Assembly (NCBI GenBank): GCA_018694835.1
Contig: JABHOG010000015.1
Span: 7,362 to 71,361, forward strand
DNA length: 64,000 nucleotides
Direction of reading: 5' to 3'
Source of the DNA: Planctomycetota bacterium
GTDB lineage: Bacteria; Planctomycetota; UBA8108; UBA1146
The position numbers and the translations under genes were made by a program. The notes under the pieces are model-generated. The model did no database searches. It was not told where the DNA came from and saw nothing but the letters and a program-made list of their open reading frames with translations. Below, piece after piece: positions 18,157-27,506 of this stretch. Every line of letters starts with the position of its first letter. Position 1 is the first letter of the stretch.

Positions 18157-20982
18157 CTATATGTCACAACTTCCACAGTTGTTGACTGGTGCCGCTTCAG
18201 GACCGCCACCGAACATGAACATCAACTGATGGACCACGTCACCCAGGTTCAATTGTTGGTCACCGTTCACATCTCCAGTCCTGGGACAGGCCAGTGTTGA
18301 ACCGCTTCCGAACAAGTACAGCACCAGCGAGATCGGATCGGAAGTGTCGAGGAAACCATCTGCATTGATGTCACCCATCGTAAGGACCTGGACCTCGTTG
18401 AGTCGAGCCTGCGTCGATACGGTTCCACAACTTCCATGCGCCTCGAGTGAGACACTGTAAAATCCAGGCAGTTCGTAGAAGTAAGAAGCATCACCGTCAT
18501 TCTCGATCGTTGCGCCATCTCCGAAGTTCCAAAGCAGGTGATCGATGGTGCCTGTCGACAGATTGGTGAACTCTGCACAGAAGGGAGCAATCCCGATCCA
18601 ACCGGGCAAGAGAAAGTTCGCCTCGGGGGGATCACAGATGGTCACGGGGAACTGGGTAGTGGCAGTTCCGCAAGGATTCACCACCGTTACTGTTACGGTG
18701 TAATCTCCCGATAAGGGATAGATGTGAACCGGATTCAATGCGGGGGATCCACTGCCATCGCCGAAGTCCCAATAGATCAGATTCGCTGTAGATCCTCCAA
18801 GAATGGCCGTAAAGGCGATCGGTAGCGGCTGATCACTGGCCACCGAGGAACTGGTTGCCGTCACGGTCGGGGCAACGCAGGGAGCATTGTCGCCATGAAT
18901 CACCAGCACCAGATCTGTCAGCCAACCTTCCGCACTCGAGATATTGTCCTGCACCGTGAGAATCCAGTTCCCAGCCATCGTTTCGCCGAAAAGAGGATCC
19001 AACGAAGTTGCGGGCTTCATACGAATTCCAGTACCTGCTAGCGTCTCGTCGTGGTCGACTCCGCTGCCGTCATATACGATGTCGATGGTTTGACCGGCGT
19101 GACCACCCAGTTCTTCCAGTAGGACCGTGGTTCCACTCGGTGAGGTCAAGGTGACATGAAGTTGATCTGTCGATGGGTGCAACAGTTTCAATTCCACCTC
19201 CAGGTCCTCGATGGCCAGGTCTTCCAGAACTTCCACTGTGTATACCAGCGGTGATCCAGCATCGTTGAGCAACACCGGTTCCTGCAGATTCAAGGTCCAG
19301 TTCTGGAGGATTCCATCATCGCTCGTAGCAGAATCGATGATCGATAGAGTCCAGTCACCTTGCGCATCCTCGCCAATCAGATCGTCCAGGGATCCTGGAC
19401 CTTGTGGTTGCATCTGCTGTGCGGTTGGCAGGCTCTCCGCTGCGTAGGGGATGGCACTCTGGTTGAAGGTACTGTGGATTTCGCCGGCATAGGCGGGTCC
19501 TTGTTGGACCAGTGTCACCTCAGTGCCCGCTGGACTGGTCAATTTCACCGACAAATCGGACAATAATCCATGCATCAAATTGAGGTCGAGATCGACGTCA
19601 GTCACTGGAATCGCACTGCTGATCGCAATGGCATCGTTCAGTGGAAGTGCCTGGCTGATCGCCTGGTTCGAAACGCCCGACTGTTGCAAGACGGTAAAGA
19701 CGCCGCGGTGGACATTGCGAGTCACCTCGTCGATGCGCAGACACCAGTTGGTGAGTACTCCATCGGAACCGGCGTAGAGATCATCGACGGCGAAGGTCCA
19801 GTGGCCCTGCATTTCCTGTCCATCGAAGTCATCGAGAGAACCAGGACCATCTGGGAACACTCCCTGGCCATCCTGGTCAAAGACGATTCCCCAAAGGGTG
19901 TCGTTGTACTGTGTTTCCGTCAGCAAGGTCACGGTGGTTCCACCAGGGCTGGTCAAGGTTGTTGTGATGTCCGCCGTGAAATCATGTTCCATTTCCAGAT
20001 ACAGATCGACATCTGCGACCGTGCCGTACTGATCCAATAATATGGACTCGGTCAGAACCGAATTGTGACTGATGGGCCGGACTCCGGTGGGACCACAGAT
20101 CTGGTACTCATGCTGACCCGAAAGGATCGGTTGAGGACAAGCGGGTTGGGATTCCACTTCGTAGATTCGATTGAATGAAGCATCGACCAGGAAAGTGGTT
20201 GGCAATCCCAGAGATCCAACCGTGGCGTGCGCCACGCCGTTGATGAAACCACCGATGCTGCTGATGTCAGAAGCTGCTCGAATGTTACCGGTCAGATCCA
20301 AGGTACTGAGAATGTTGACGCTATTGGAACCGGAGGCATTGTGGGGGATCAACAACAGGTTGCAGTCGCTCCTGTATCCGATGCTATTTCCTGCACCACT
20401 TCCCGCAGGATGACCGATGATGTCTCCGAGAAACTCGCCGGACAGCTGATGCCTACTGTATTGGTCATGGGTCACATCGACGGCCCAAATCGTATGGTCC
20501 GCGTCGATGCAGATGTCTCCAATAATTCCTCCACCAGGAAGATCGAGTTGACCCACCGCCAGAGGATTGGATCCATCCTTGAGAGATCTCCACAAATTCT
20601 GGCTGGATCCTGGAACCATCCAGTAGATGTGGTCTCCGTCGATGTCCAATCCAGTGGTGGATACGTTTCCTGCAGGATTGGGAATACTCGTGAGGATTCC
20701 CGCCGAGAGATTGTCGATGTCATAAAGATGTGTGGTTCCGCTGAACATGTCACAGACATAGAGTCTTCTGGAAGGCTCATCGATACAGAGACCCAGCGGG
20801 CTGGTTCCTCCGTGAGTGACAAACTGGATCGAATCTCCTGGTGACATCGTTCCGGTGGTGGATCCGATCGGCGGAGCCAGGGCTGCACTGGTCTGGGAGA
20901 CGGACCCGGGGGTCTGGTTCTGGCAGAGCAGCGGTGTGGAGAGGATGAGGATGATGAGGGTCGAAATGATGTGGGACCGCAT
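18157..20982 (-). CDS. Large secreted multidomain protein: YWTD/NHL-like beta-propeller, 3x proprotein-convertase P-domain, 2x PKD, C-terminal dockerin-like repeats
   Basis: ATG 20982 with GGAGG SD, signal peptide MRSHIISTLIILILSTPLLC. DHIYWMV motif. Three P-domain-like units (DVDLYLEMEHDF..LTSPGGTTVTLL..WTFAVDD; DVDLDLNLMHG..LTSPAGTEVTLV..WTLSIID; DLEVELKLLHPS..LTSPSGTTVLLE..WILTVQD). PKD motifs WDFGDGSGSP and WNFGDGATIE. C-terminal DINADGFLDTSD..GDVNGDQQLNLGD. Confidence 0.85.
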   Translation of the reverse strand: MRSHIISTLIILILSTPLLCQNQTPGSVSQTSAALAPPIGSTTGTMSPGDSIQFVTHGGTSPLGLCIDEPSRRLYVCDMFSGTTHLYDIDNLSAGILTSIPNPAGNVSTTGLDIDGDHIYWMVPGSSQNLWRSLKDGSNPLAVGQLDLPGGGIIGDICIDADHTIWAVDVTHDQYSRHQLSGEFLGDIIGHPAGSGAGNSIGYRSDCNLLLIPHNASGSNSVNILSTLDLTGNIRAASDISSIGGFINGVAHATVGSLGLPTTFLVDASFNRIYEVESQPACPQPILSGQHEYQICGPTGVRPISHNSVLTESILLDQYGTVADVDLYLEMEHDFTADITTTLTSPGGTTVTLLTETQYNDTLWGIVFDQDGQGVFPDGPGSLDDFDGQEMQGHWTFAVDDLYAGSDGVLTNWCLRIDEVTRNVHRGVFTVLQQSGVSNQAISQALPLNDAIAISSAIPVTDVDLDLNLMHGLLSDLSVKLTSPAGTEVTLVQQGPAYAGEIHSTFNQSAIPYAAESLPTAQQMQPQGPGSLDDLIGEDAQGDWTLSIIDSATSDDGILQNWTLNLQEPVLLNDAGSPLVYTVEVLEDLAIEDLEVELKLLHPSTDQLHVTLTSPSGTTVLLEELGGHAGQTIDIVYDGSGVDHDETLAGTGIRMKPATSLDPLFGETMAGNWILTVQDNISSAEGWLTDLVLVIHGDNAPCVAPTVTATSSSVASDQPLPIAFTAILGGSTANLIYWDFGDGSGSPALNPVHIYPLSGDYTVTVTVVNPCGTATTQFPVTICDPPEANFLLPGWIGIAPFCAEFTNLSTGTIDHLLWNFGDGATIENDGDASYFYELPGFYSVSLEAHGSCGTVSTQARLNEVQVLTMGDINADGFLDTSDPISLVLYLFGSGSTLACPRTGDVNGDQQLNLGDVVHQLMFMFGGGPEAAPVNNCGSCDI

Positions 20983-21105
20983 CGAGGACCTCCGAGGGGG
21001 CAATACAGGGTAGATTTCGGGATGGAGGTGAAGATGCTTCCTCACCTGTCATTACAGTGACGAACTGTCTATTGTAAACCTTGTTAACATTCCGTCTACC
21101 CTGTC

Positions 21106-22617
21106 ATGGGGCAAGGTTCATGGTACTTTTATCTCTTCGTGTTCGTGTTTCGAAAGGTCACCCCGATGCTCTCTCGCCCTCACCTGTGGACCCTCCTTCT
21201 CCTCATCGGCGGCTTCTTGACCCTGATTGCGACAGTGAGCGGAAAAGATTGCCGGATCGATGAAGACCTTCTGCAGCAACTGGTCAGCGTCGATCCGCAG
21301 CAGCATCAAGCGGCGGTGGAGCAGATCGTGCGTCAGCCGGATCCACAACTCCTGACTTCGTTTCGCGAAATCCTCACACGCAAGGATTCATCCGTGCGCC
21401 GAAGGGTCACCATGCTGGTGGTTCAGGCCTACCCCGAAGATGCGTTCTCCTTCTTTCAAAATTGCATGGAACCGTTCGATCTTCATCGTCAGGAAGCTGC
21501 GGCGCACGGCATCGGTTACCTGATGGATCCACGGGTCGCAGAGGTACTGGAGAAATTACTTTCATCCAAGCATCGGGAGATCCGTATCGCTGCATTGAGG
21601 GGTCTACAGTTGCAATGCCGCAACAGTGTCATGGCTTCATTTCAGCGCGTCATCGGGGCCTCACAGGAGCAGAGTTCAATGGTCGCCATCGATGGTTACC
21701 AGCGAGCCATGAAAGTTCTACTGCGGAGTTGTCTCAAATCGCCTGCAGATCCCGACCTGATGCAGGCGTGGGGCAAGTGGGCGAACTCATCGATCACCTC
21801 GAGTTCGCGCAAGCGCTGGATCTCGTCACTGGAGCCGGAAAGTCCGCTGGCGACCTCCGCCGCCATTCTCTTCGAGTCCAATGAGAACTGGCTCGGGCGA
21901 GTCGCACCGTCCGCAGGTCTCGACTACCAGTTCTCTATGGTGAACCTGGTCTCCGACTCGACCAAGGAGATCATCATTCACGCTTCATCTTCGGACATCG
22001 AAAATCTTCGGTCTCTTTCTTACGACCTCGATCGGGTGATCCATCTTCGCACCGCTTCAGATCTTCTCTTCATCAACCCTTCGTCACTTTCTCCGCGGTG
22101 GTTGGCAGGCTCCGATCCGGAAATCGCATCTCTTGTCTTCAACATTTCCGGTCAGTCATTCCTCCATGCCGGAATCGGCCTCCTCAACATCTCCTACTGG
22201 GAAGGTCGAGTCCAAAATGCGCATCAAGCCACTGTTCGATTCGCTGGTGATTCAGGCCGCTTCCTCGACGAGACGGTCACCGATGAAGCAGGCCAGCAAC
22301 TGTGGAAGCTGAAGGTCCAATCCTGGTTCGAGGGGGGGCATTTTCCTGAAAGCATCAGCATCTACATGACCGGAGCTCAGGTCGGGACCCGCAAGACTCA
22401 CCTACGTCTGGAACTGAAGTTCCAGCAGGTCAATGGGCAATGGTTGCTGGCAGAGGGGAAGACTTTCGAACGGACCGAATCGGGGGAGGAAGAACTTCGC
22501 GCTTATTGCGAGGTAGAACCGCTCTCGCTACCGACACCTTCTCCAGTGCCAGGGGAAGAGGAACCTTCCGACGACGCTTCCGGCCAGGGATCGACAGCGG
22601 GTTCGCCGCGAGAGTAG
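21106..22617 (+). CDS. Hypothetical HEAT-repeat protein with N-terminal signal/TM segment
   Basis: 503-aa ORF. A more convincing start is ATG 21166 (MLSRPHLWTLLLLIGGFLTLIATVSG). Repeated helical pairs (EILTRKDSSVRRRV, EKLLSSKHREIRIAALRGL). Acidic, low-complexity C-terminal tail overlapping the convergent TPR gene. Confidence 0.65.
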   Translation: MGQGSWYFYLFVFVFRKVTPMLSRPHLWTLLLLIGGFLTLIATVSGKDCRIDEDLLQQLVSVDPQQHQAAVEQIVRQPDPQLLTSFREILTRKDSSVRRRVTMLVVQAYPEDAFSFFQNCMEPFDLHRQEAAAHGIGYLMDPRVAEVLEKLLSSKHREIRIAALRGLQLQCRNSVMASFQRVIGASQEQSSMVAIDGYQRAMKVLLRSCLKSPADPDLMQAWGKWANSSITSSSRKRWISSLEPESPLATSAAILFESNENWLGRVAPSAGLDYQFSMVNLVSDSTKEIIIHASSSDIENLRSLSYDLDRVIHLRTASDLLFINPSSLSPRWLAGSDPEIASLVFNISGQSFLHAGIGLLNISYWEGRVQNAHQATVRFAGDSGRFLDETVTDEAGQQLWKLKVQSWFEGGHFPESISIYMTGAQVGTRKTHLRLELKFQQVNGQWLLAEGKTFERTESGEEELRAYCEVEPLSLPTPSPVPGEEEPSDDASGQGSTAGSPRE

Positions 22618-24134
22618 CGCGCCTGGTTTCCTTGAAGACGGTCGATGATGTCGAACCGTTTCGCAGCACGGGCCGCCTCGATGGCGGATTCTTGCCATTG
22701 CTGTGCTTCTCCATAACGAGTCAATGCCGCTAGCACCATTGCCGTACTCTCGACCAGTTCAAGGGTGGTTTGCTTCGACCTGAGAATGGCGAGTTCGCCC
22801 AATGTCTGCTCCAGTTGTGCGTGATCTTTCTCTGGCGAAGTGGCCTCGATACGCGCCATCAAACTCACCAGTCGTGGGCCATTCCCCGTGGCCATCTGGC
22901 CTTCTCGGCAGGTGGTTCTGGCGATCTCGACTTGCTCCAATCGGAGGTAACAGACCACCTCTGCGATCCATGCGACCTCATTGCCGGGTACCTGCTGACG
23001 CACCCGCTTCATCTCTCGGGCCGCCTCCTCGTATTGCTGCTGCCTACGCAGGGCATTGGCTCGATTGAATCGCGCCGAATGGTGTCCGTCATCGAGAACC
23101 AGTGCCTGGTCGTAGCAGCGGATCGCCTCGATTTCATCGCCGTTTTCCGCATGGATCACTCCCAGGTCAAACCAGGCTGTGGTCGCCCCTGGATCGAGTC
23201 GTATCGCTTCTTCGTAACAGCCAAGCGCTTCATCACTTCGCTGTAGTTTGACCAGAGCAGAACCAAGATTGAGCTGAGCTGTTGCAGAATCTGGTGCCAC
23301 CTTCACCGCCTCTTGAAACTGCTCCAGTGCTTTCCGATACTGACCCGCAGTGAAGAAAGTGGTGCCTCGATTGAGTGGGATTCGCGCACCGATAGGCCGA
23401 TTCCTGACCTCGTCTAGCCAGGGGTTCCGTACCCGCGGAAAGGAAGGCCCACGCATCTGCATCTGTTGCTGAGCTTCTTCATCTCGTCCAGCATCGCGCA
23501 AAGCCAGACCGTAGGGATAGCGAAGTCCCGATGAGGCAGGAGAGTATCGCAATGCTTCCTGGAGATAGTCGACCGCCTCCTGTGCATTGCCCTGCTGCAA
23601 TGATATACGTCCCAGGCCAGAGAGTGCCGGTGCACTGCGCGGGTCTAGCCGCAACAATCGCTGAAACCAAACCCGCGCTCCCTCGGCATCTCCCGACTGA
23701 AACTTCAGTTCAGCCGCGGCAACCAGTGTCGGAGGGTGATTCGCGTTATGTTCCAGAATCTCGTTGTACAGTTGCAAGGCCTGCTTTGCCTCCCCCTCCT
23801 TCTGCAAGATGCGAGCGAGCAGGTATCTCCATTGCTGGGAGTCAGGATCGTGGACCAAGGCTCGCTGGTAACAGGCTTGAGCCATCCGGACCATGTCGTA
23901 TCCATGGTAGGAAATTGCAGCGTCACCAAAGGCGACCGCCAATTGCATACCGCTTTGCTCTTTTACCGCTAACTGGAGCTGTGTGTAGGTACGGTTCAAG
24001 TGATCTTCGACATCTGCCTCGAGTCCCACAAGTGGGGGAGACGGTGGAATCGATTCGGACGGATTACACCCACCCGGCACAAGTAACACGGCACCGACGA
24101 AAAGGTAGGGAAGTACTCGATGCAGCGGAATCAC
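22503..24134 (-). CDS. TPR-repeat (lipo)protein
   Basis: GTG start overlapping the stop of the upstream gene (GTGA). LLVPGGC signal, at least 10 TPR units (AWFDLGVIHAENGDEIEAIRCYDQALVLDD and similar). Low-complexity Ser/Gly tail. Confidence 0.8.
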   Translation of the reverse strand: MIPLHRVLPYLFVGAVLLVPGGCNPSESIPPSPPLVGLEADVEDHLNRTYTQLQLAVKEQSGMQLAVAFGDAAISYHGYDMVRMAQACYQRALVHDPDSQQWRYLLARILQKEGEAKQALQLYNEILEHNANHPPTLVAAAELKFQSGDAEGARVWFQRLLRLDPRSAPALSGLGRISLQQGNAQEAVDYLQEALRYSPASSGLRYPYGLALRDAGRDEEAQQQMQMRGPSFPRVRNPWLDEVRNRPIGARIPLNRGTTFFTAGQYRKALEQFQEAVKVAPDSATAQLNLGSALVKLQRSDEALGCYEEAIRLDPGATTAWFDLGVIHAENGDEIEAIRCYDQALVLDDGHHSARFNRANALRRQQQYEEAAREMKRVRQQVPGNEVAWIAEVVCYLRLEQVEIARTTCREGQMATGNGPRLVSLMARIEATSPEKDHAQLEQTLGELAILRSKQTTLELVESTAMVLAALTRYGEAQQWQESAIEAARAAKRFDIIDRLQGNQARYSRGEPAVDPWPEASSEGSSSPGTGEGVGSESGSTSQ

Positions 24135-25834
24135 TCCCCCTGACCTTGCGACAAGACGTGGTAGCGACGCACCTCCAACGTAGAAAATATTTCATCGCTT
24201 CCGTCGGGCCAGTGGACCACAACAGAGCACTGGTCCTCGACAGACCCGAGACCGACCAGGATTCGTGGATCGCTGCTGCTGAGGTAGGATCCGCCGCGCC
24301 TGCGACTACGATAGCGTACCGGGATTCCCTGTTGCAGGATCTCGCACCGGACTCCTTCAAGATTCTGCTGTTCTGTTCCCATGAGGTCGAGTCCGATCCA
24401 CGAACTTTTCGATCCAACGCGGTTCATCAACAGTCTCACAGGACCGGCGTTGTTGTTGACGAGGATATCCGTATCTCCATCGTTATCGATATCGCCAAAC
24501 GCCGCACCTCGGCCGATGAATGGCCTGGCCAGAGCCTGTACCAGGGCAGAGTCAATCTCCTGGAAGTTCTGGCCTTGTTGATTGAGAAACAACTGGTCAG
24601 GTTGGGCCAAGGGATAAGGATCCCCTGCGGCAACCCTCTCATCCATTCTCTTCACCGCACCGTTGGTGATGAAAACATCCAGCCAGCCATCATTATCAAG
24701 ATCGAACCATGCGGTACCAAATCCAGTCCAACGACGACTGGGAATTCCCAGCCCCGAACGAGAGGATTGGTCATCGAATCTACCTTCGCCGTCATTGCGA
24801 TAGAGCGTATTGGTCTCCCCTGTCAGATGTGTGAGAAAGATGTCCTCATCCCCGTCTCCATCGAAATCCGCCAGTGATGCGCCCATCGACGCCTCCGGCA
24901 TGCCATCTCGGTTGACCGCACATCCACCCAGCAAGGCTGTGTCTTCGAAGCGAAATGGCGCTACTTGTCGCCACAATCGATTGGCCATGCCGTCATTGGC
25001 AACATAGATGTCGAGTTCGCCATCTCCATCCAGATCGGAACAGATGACTCCCAGGCCAGCTCCCGAAGCGGCGCCGATGCCACTCGAAGAGGTCAGATCC
25101 TCGAAGGTGCCATCGCCACGATTCCGGTAGATTCTATCGGGTAGCGGGGGGTAGGAACTGGGACCGCAGTAATCGACGGCACTACTGTCGGTGAAACACT
25201 GCTTGTGATTTTGAAGGGTGAAATCGACGTAACTACACACGTACAGATCTGCATCACCATCTCGGTCGAAGTCGCTGAAGATGGCGCTGGTATTCCAGCG
25301 ATCGTCTCCTAGTCCCGACAGTATCGTCTGGTCTCTAAAGGTCCCATCCCCTTGATTGATCCATAACTGATCGGAACCGAAACAGGTCAGGTAGAGATCG
25401 ACATCCCCATCGCCTTCTACATCTCCCACAGCACAGCCCATTCCATATCCAGTGGCGACGATTCCGCTCGATTCTGTCACGTCTATAAAGCGCGGATTCT
25501 GCTCCTGGTCGGGGCCTTCATTTCGATACAAACGGGCACCGGCGGATGGCAATCCTGTGATGGGGAGGATTCGATCGGCCTCCGTCTTGCTTTCGCCCAA
25601 CAGGTGTCCTTGAGGCAAAAAGATGTCGAGATCGCCATCTCCATCAAAATCGAGGAACGCTGAACCGGGGCCGACCGTTTCACAGAAGTAGAGTTCTCCA
25701 GTCATTCCGTTGTCATGCCAGAAATGTAGCCCTGCAGACCTTGTGATCTCGCTCAATACCTGTGGAGATGAGGGGGAATCACACCCACCGGATGAAAATC
25801 CCAGTGACCCCAGCAGAAGGCACAGAACGAGCAC
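24131..25834 (-). CDS. CRTAC1-family protein (FG-GAP/VCBS repeats plus ASPIC-UnbV C-terminal domain), lipoprotein
   Basis: Repeated DxDGDGDLDIF/DxDNDGWLD calcium-binding FG-GAP motifs, C-terminal UnbV_ASPIC-like VVHWPDG. Longest ORF begins at TTG 25972. GTG 25834 gives the lipoprotein-like N-terminus VLVLCLLLGSLGFSSGGC. Confidence 0.85.
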   Translation of the reverse strand: MLVLCLLLGSLGFSSGGCDSPSSPQVLSEITRSAGLHFWHDNGMTGELYFCETVGPGSAFLDFDGDGDLDIFLPQGHLLGESKTEADRILPITGLPSAGARLYRNEGPDQEQNPRFIDVTESSGIVATGYGMGCAVGDVEGDGDVDLYLTCFGSDQLWINQGDGTFRDQTILSGLGDDRWNTSAIFSDFDRDGDADLYVCSYVDFTLQNHKQCFTDSSAVDYCGPSSYPPLPDRIYRNRGDGTFEDLTSSSGIGAASGAGLGVICSDLDGDGELDIYVANDGMANRLWRQVAPFRFEDTALLGGCAVNRDGMPEASMGASLADFDGDGDEDIFLTHLTGETNTLYRNDGEGRFDDQSSRSGLGIPSRRWTGFGTAWFDLDNDGWLDVFITNGAVKRMDERVAAGDPYPLAQPDQLFLNQQGQNFQEIDSALVQALARPFIGRGAAFGDIDNDGDTDILVNNNAGPVRLLMNRVGSKSSWIGLDLMGTEQQNLEGVRCEILQQGIPVRYRSRRRGGSYLSSSDPRILVGLGSVEDQCSVVVHWPDGSDEIFSTLEVRRYHVLSQGQGE

Positions 25835-26123
25835 ACGAGGTGATCGGGCCTCGAGTTGGCAACCAGGGCCGCCATCGGGTGTTACAAATAGATTGGAGGT
25901 CGACTGGAGATCCCTGATAATGATCGACACGGGATCCACCTCGCTGGGTTCATGCGTCCATGGGTCACTCAAGCGGTGAGAAGAGTCCGGAGGCGATCTC
26001 GCTCCCGGGAATCACCGTCAAGCAACCCCTGCTGGAACAGGATACACCGTCATGAGGCTAGTTTCAGCAGTACCGTCCGTTACCGATAAGGGAACGTCGA
26101 TCGGTAGACTCAGATTCTCTCGG

Positions 26124-27134
26124 ATGAGCCTCCCCTGTGTCTTGCTGTGCCCGTTGATCCTACTGACGAGCTTCGCCAATCCTCTTCATGCGGATCTCTT
26201 TCACCTCGATGATGGCCGTGTCCTCGACGGGTCCATCGTGCGTGAAGTTGCAGATCTGGTGTCGATCCGCACCATCGATGGATCAGTGGTCACCGTGGAT
26301 CGTTCACAGATCCGCAAGACCGAGTTGAGAGCTACACCCTTCGATGAGTACAACAAGCGAGCTGCCGAATTGAAGGCCGAAGATCTGACGGGCCATGTCG
26401 ATCTCGCCCGCTGGTGTGATGGAAAGAGCCTCAAGACCCAGGCGCTGAAGGAATGGAAAATTGTCATCCGGATCGATCCGGACCATGAACTCGCCCGTTC
26501 AAAGTTGGGTTACTTGTGGATTGGAGGAGATTGGTATCTCGCCAACTCCGCCGAGGCGAAGGCGCGTAAAGCGGAACTGGAAAAAGACCCTGAATCTCCA
26601 GTGCGTGAGATCCCCAAAGAATTGCTTCTGCCAGAATGGGATCTAAAGAGAGACAAGGTCCCAGAATTGCCACCTCTTCCGCGAACCGGATACGAACGAG
26701 TGGTGGTGGTTACAGACGAGAAGGTGGGCAAGTCTTCGCCAGAACACTCGGGACTGACTTATCACCTGCGAAGGATGGGCGGAAAGTTACAGTTCGTCCC
26801 GGGTAAAGACGATGGCAAGGTTCCAGTCGTCGTCAAGGTGAAGATTCGCTGCTACTTCGTCAAGTTACAGACCTTCTATGGAGCACCCATTTCGAACATC
26901 TTTGAGGGAGAGGCCAAGGCTCAATTCTTCGAACGTAATTCCGAGGGGAAGATGGTATTGCGCAAGACTTCAATGATTCGAATCCCATTCTCAGCCAGCG
27001 CAGCGAGACCCAAGGAACAGGCGTTACAATTCACCTATTACGTCACCCTGGAATCGGTAGCGGCCAAGTTATCGCGCTGGGCATGGTTCAAGAAGCGTGG
27101 ATCGACCTCGCTGCCGATGCCTGAAACCCTCTGA
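26124..27134 (+). CDS. Hypothetical secreted protein
   Basis: Signal peptide MSLPCVLLCPLILLTSFANPLHA at ATG 26124 (longest ORF from 26052). Lys/Glu-rich. No family recognised. Confidence 0.6.
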   Translation: MSLPCVLLCPLILLTSFANPLHADLFHLDDGRVLDGSIVREVADLVSIRTIDGSVVTVDRSQIRKTELRATPFDEYNKRAAELKAEDLTGHVDLARWCDGKSLKTQALKEWKIVIRIDPDHELARSKLGYLWIGGDWYLANSAEAKARKAELEKDPESPVREIPKELLLPEWDLKRDKVPELPPLPRTGYERVVVVTDEKVGKSSPEHSGLTYHLRRMGGKLQFVPGKDDGKVPVVVKVKIRCYFVKLQTFYGAPISNIFEGEAKAQFFERNSEGKMVLRKTSMIRIPFSASAARPKEQALQFTYYVTLESVAAKLSRWAWFKKRGSTSLPMPETL

Positions 27135-27506
27135 TGGCAGATTTGCAAGAAGACTCGAGCAGCCACAACGTCCATCCCTTGCCGATTGCGGGATCTCGAG
27201 CTCGCTCACTGGTTCGGCTTCAACTCCTCCAGGGAGCCTTCACCGGGGTGCTTCAAATCCTTCGAATACCGCTGTTCCTGCTTCAACGAAAATCCATCTC
27301 CAGCCGGATCTCTCGAATCGTCAAGGATCAGGCCAAGAAAAGGGATCGATCCGACTCCCAACCCCCTTCTTGAGCGTAGATCACACCTCGTTCGAAGGGT
27401 GAGCGGTACCTTTCGACAGCCCGGGAGATGATGAGAGTCCTTTCTTGGCGCGGACGACCTTGGTAATCTTCGCCCAACTGGAACCTCGCCCCGACAGGAG
27501 AGTACA

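Noticed and set aside
23531-24877. 448-aa plus-strand ORF
   Set aside because: It is antisense to the TPR and CRTAC1 genes, and Arg/Pro/Ala-rich with no motifs. This is a typical high-GC antisense open frame.
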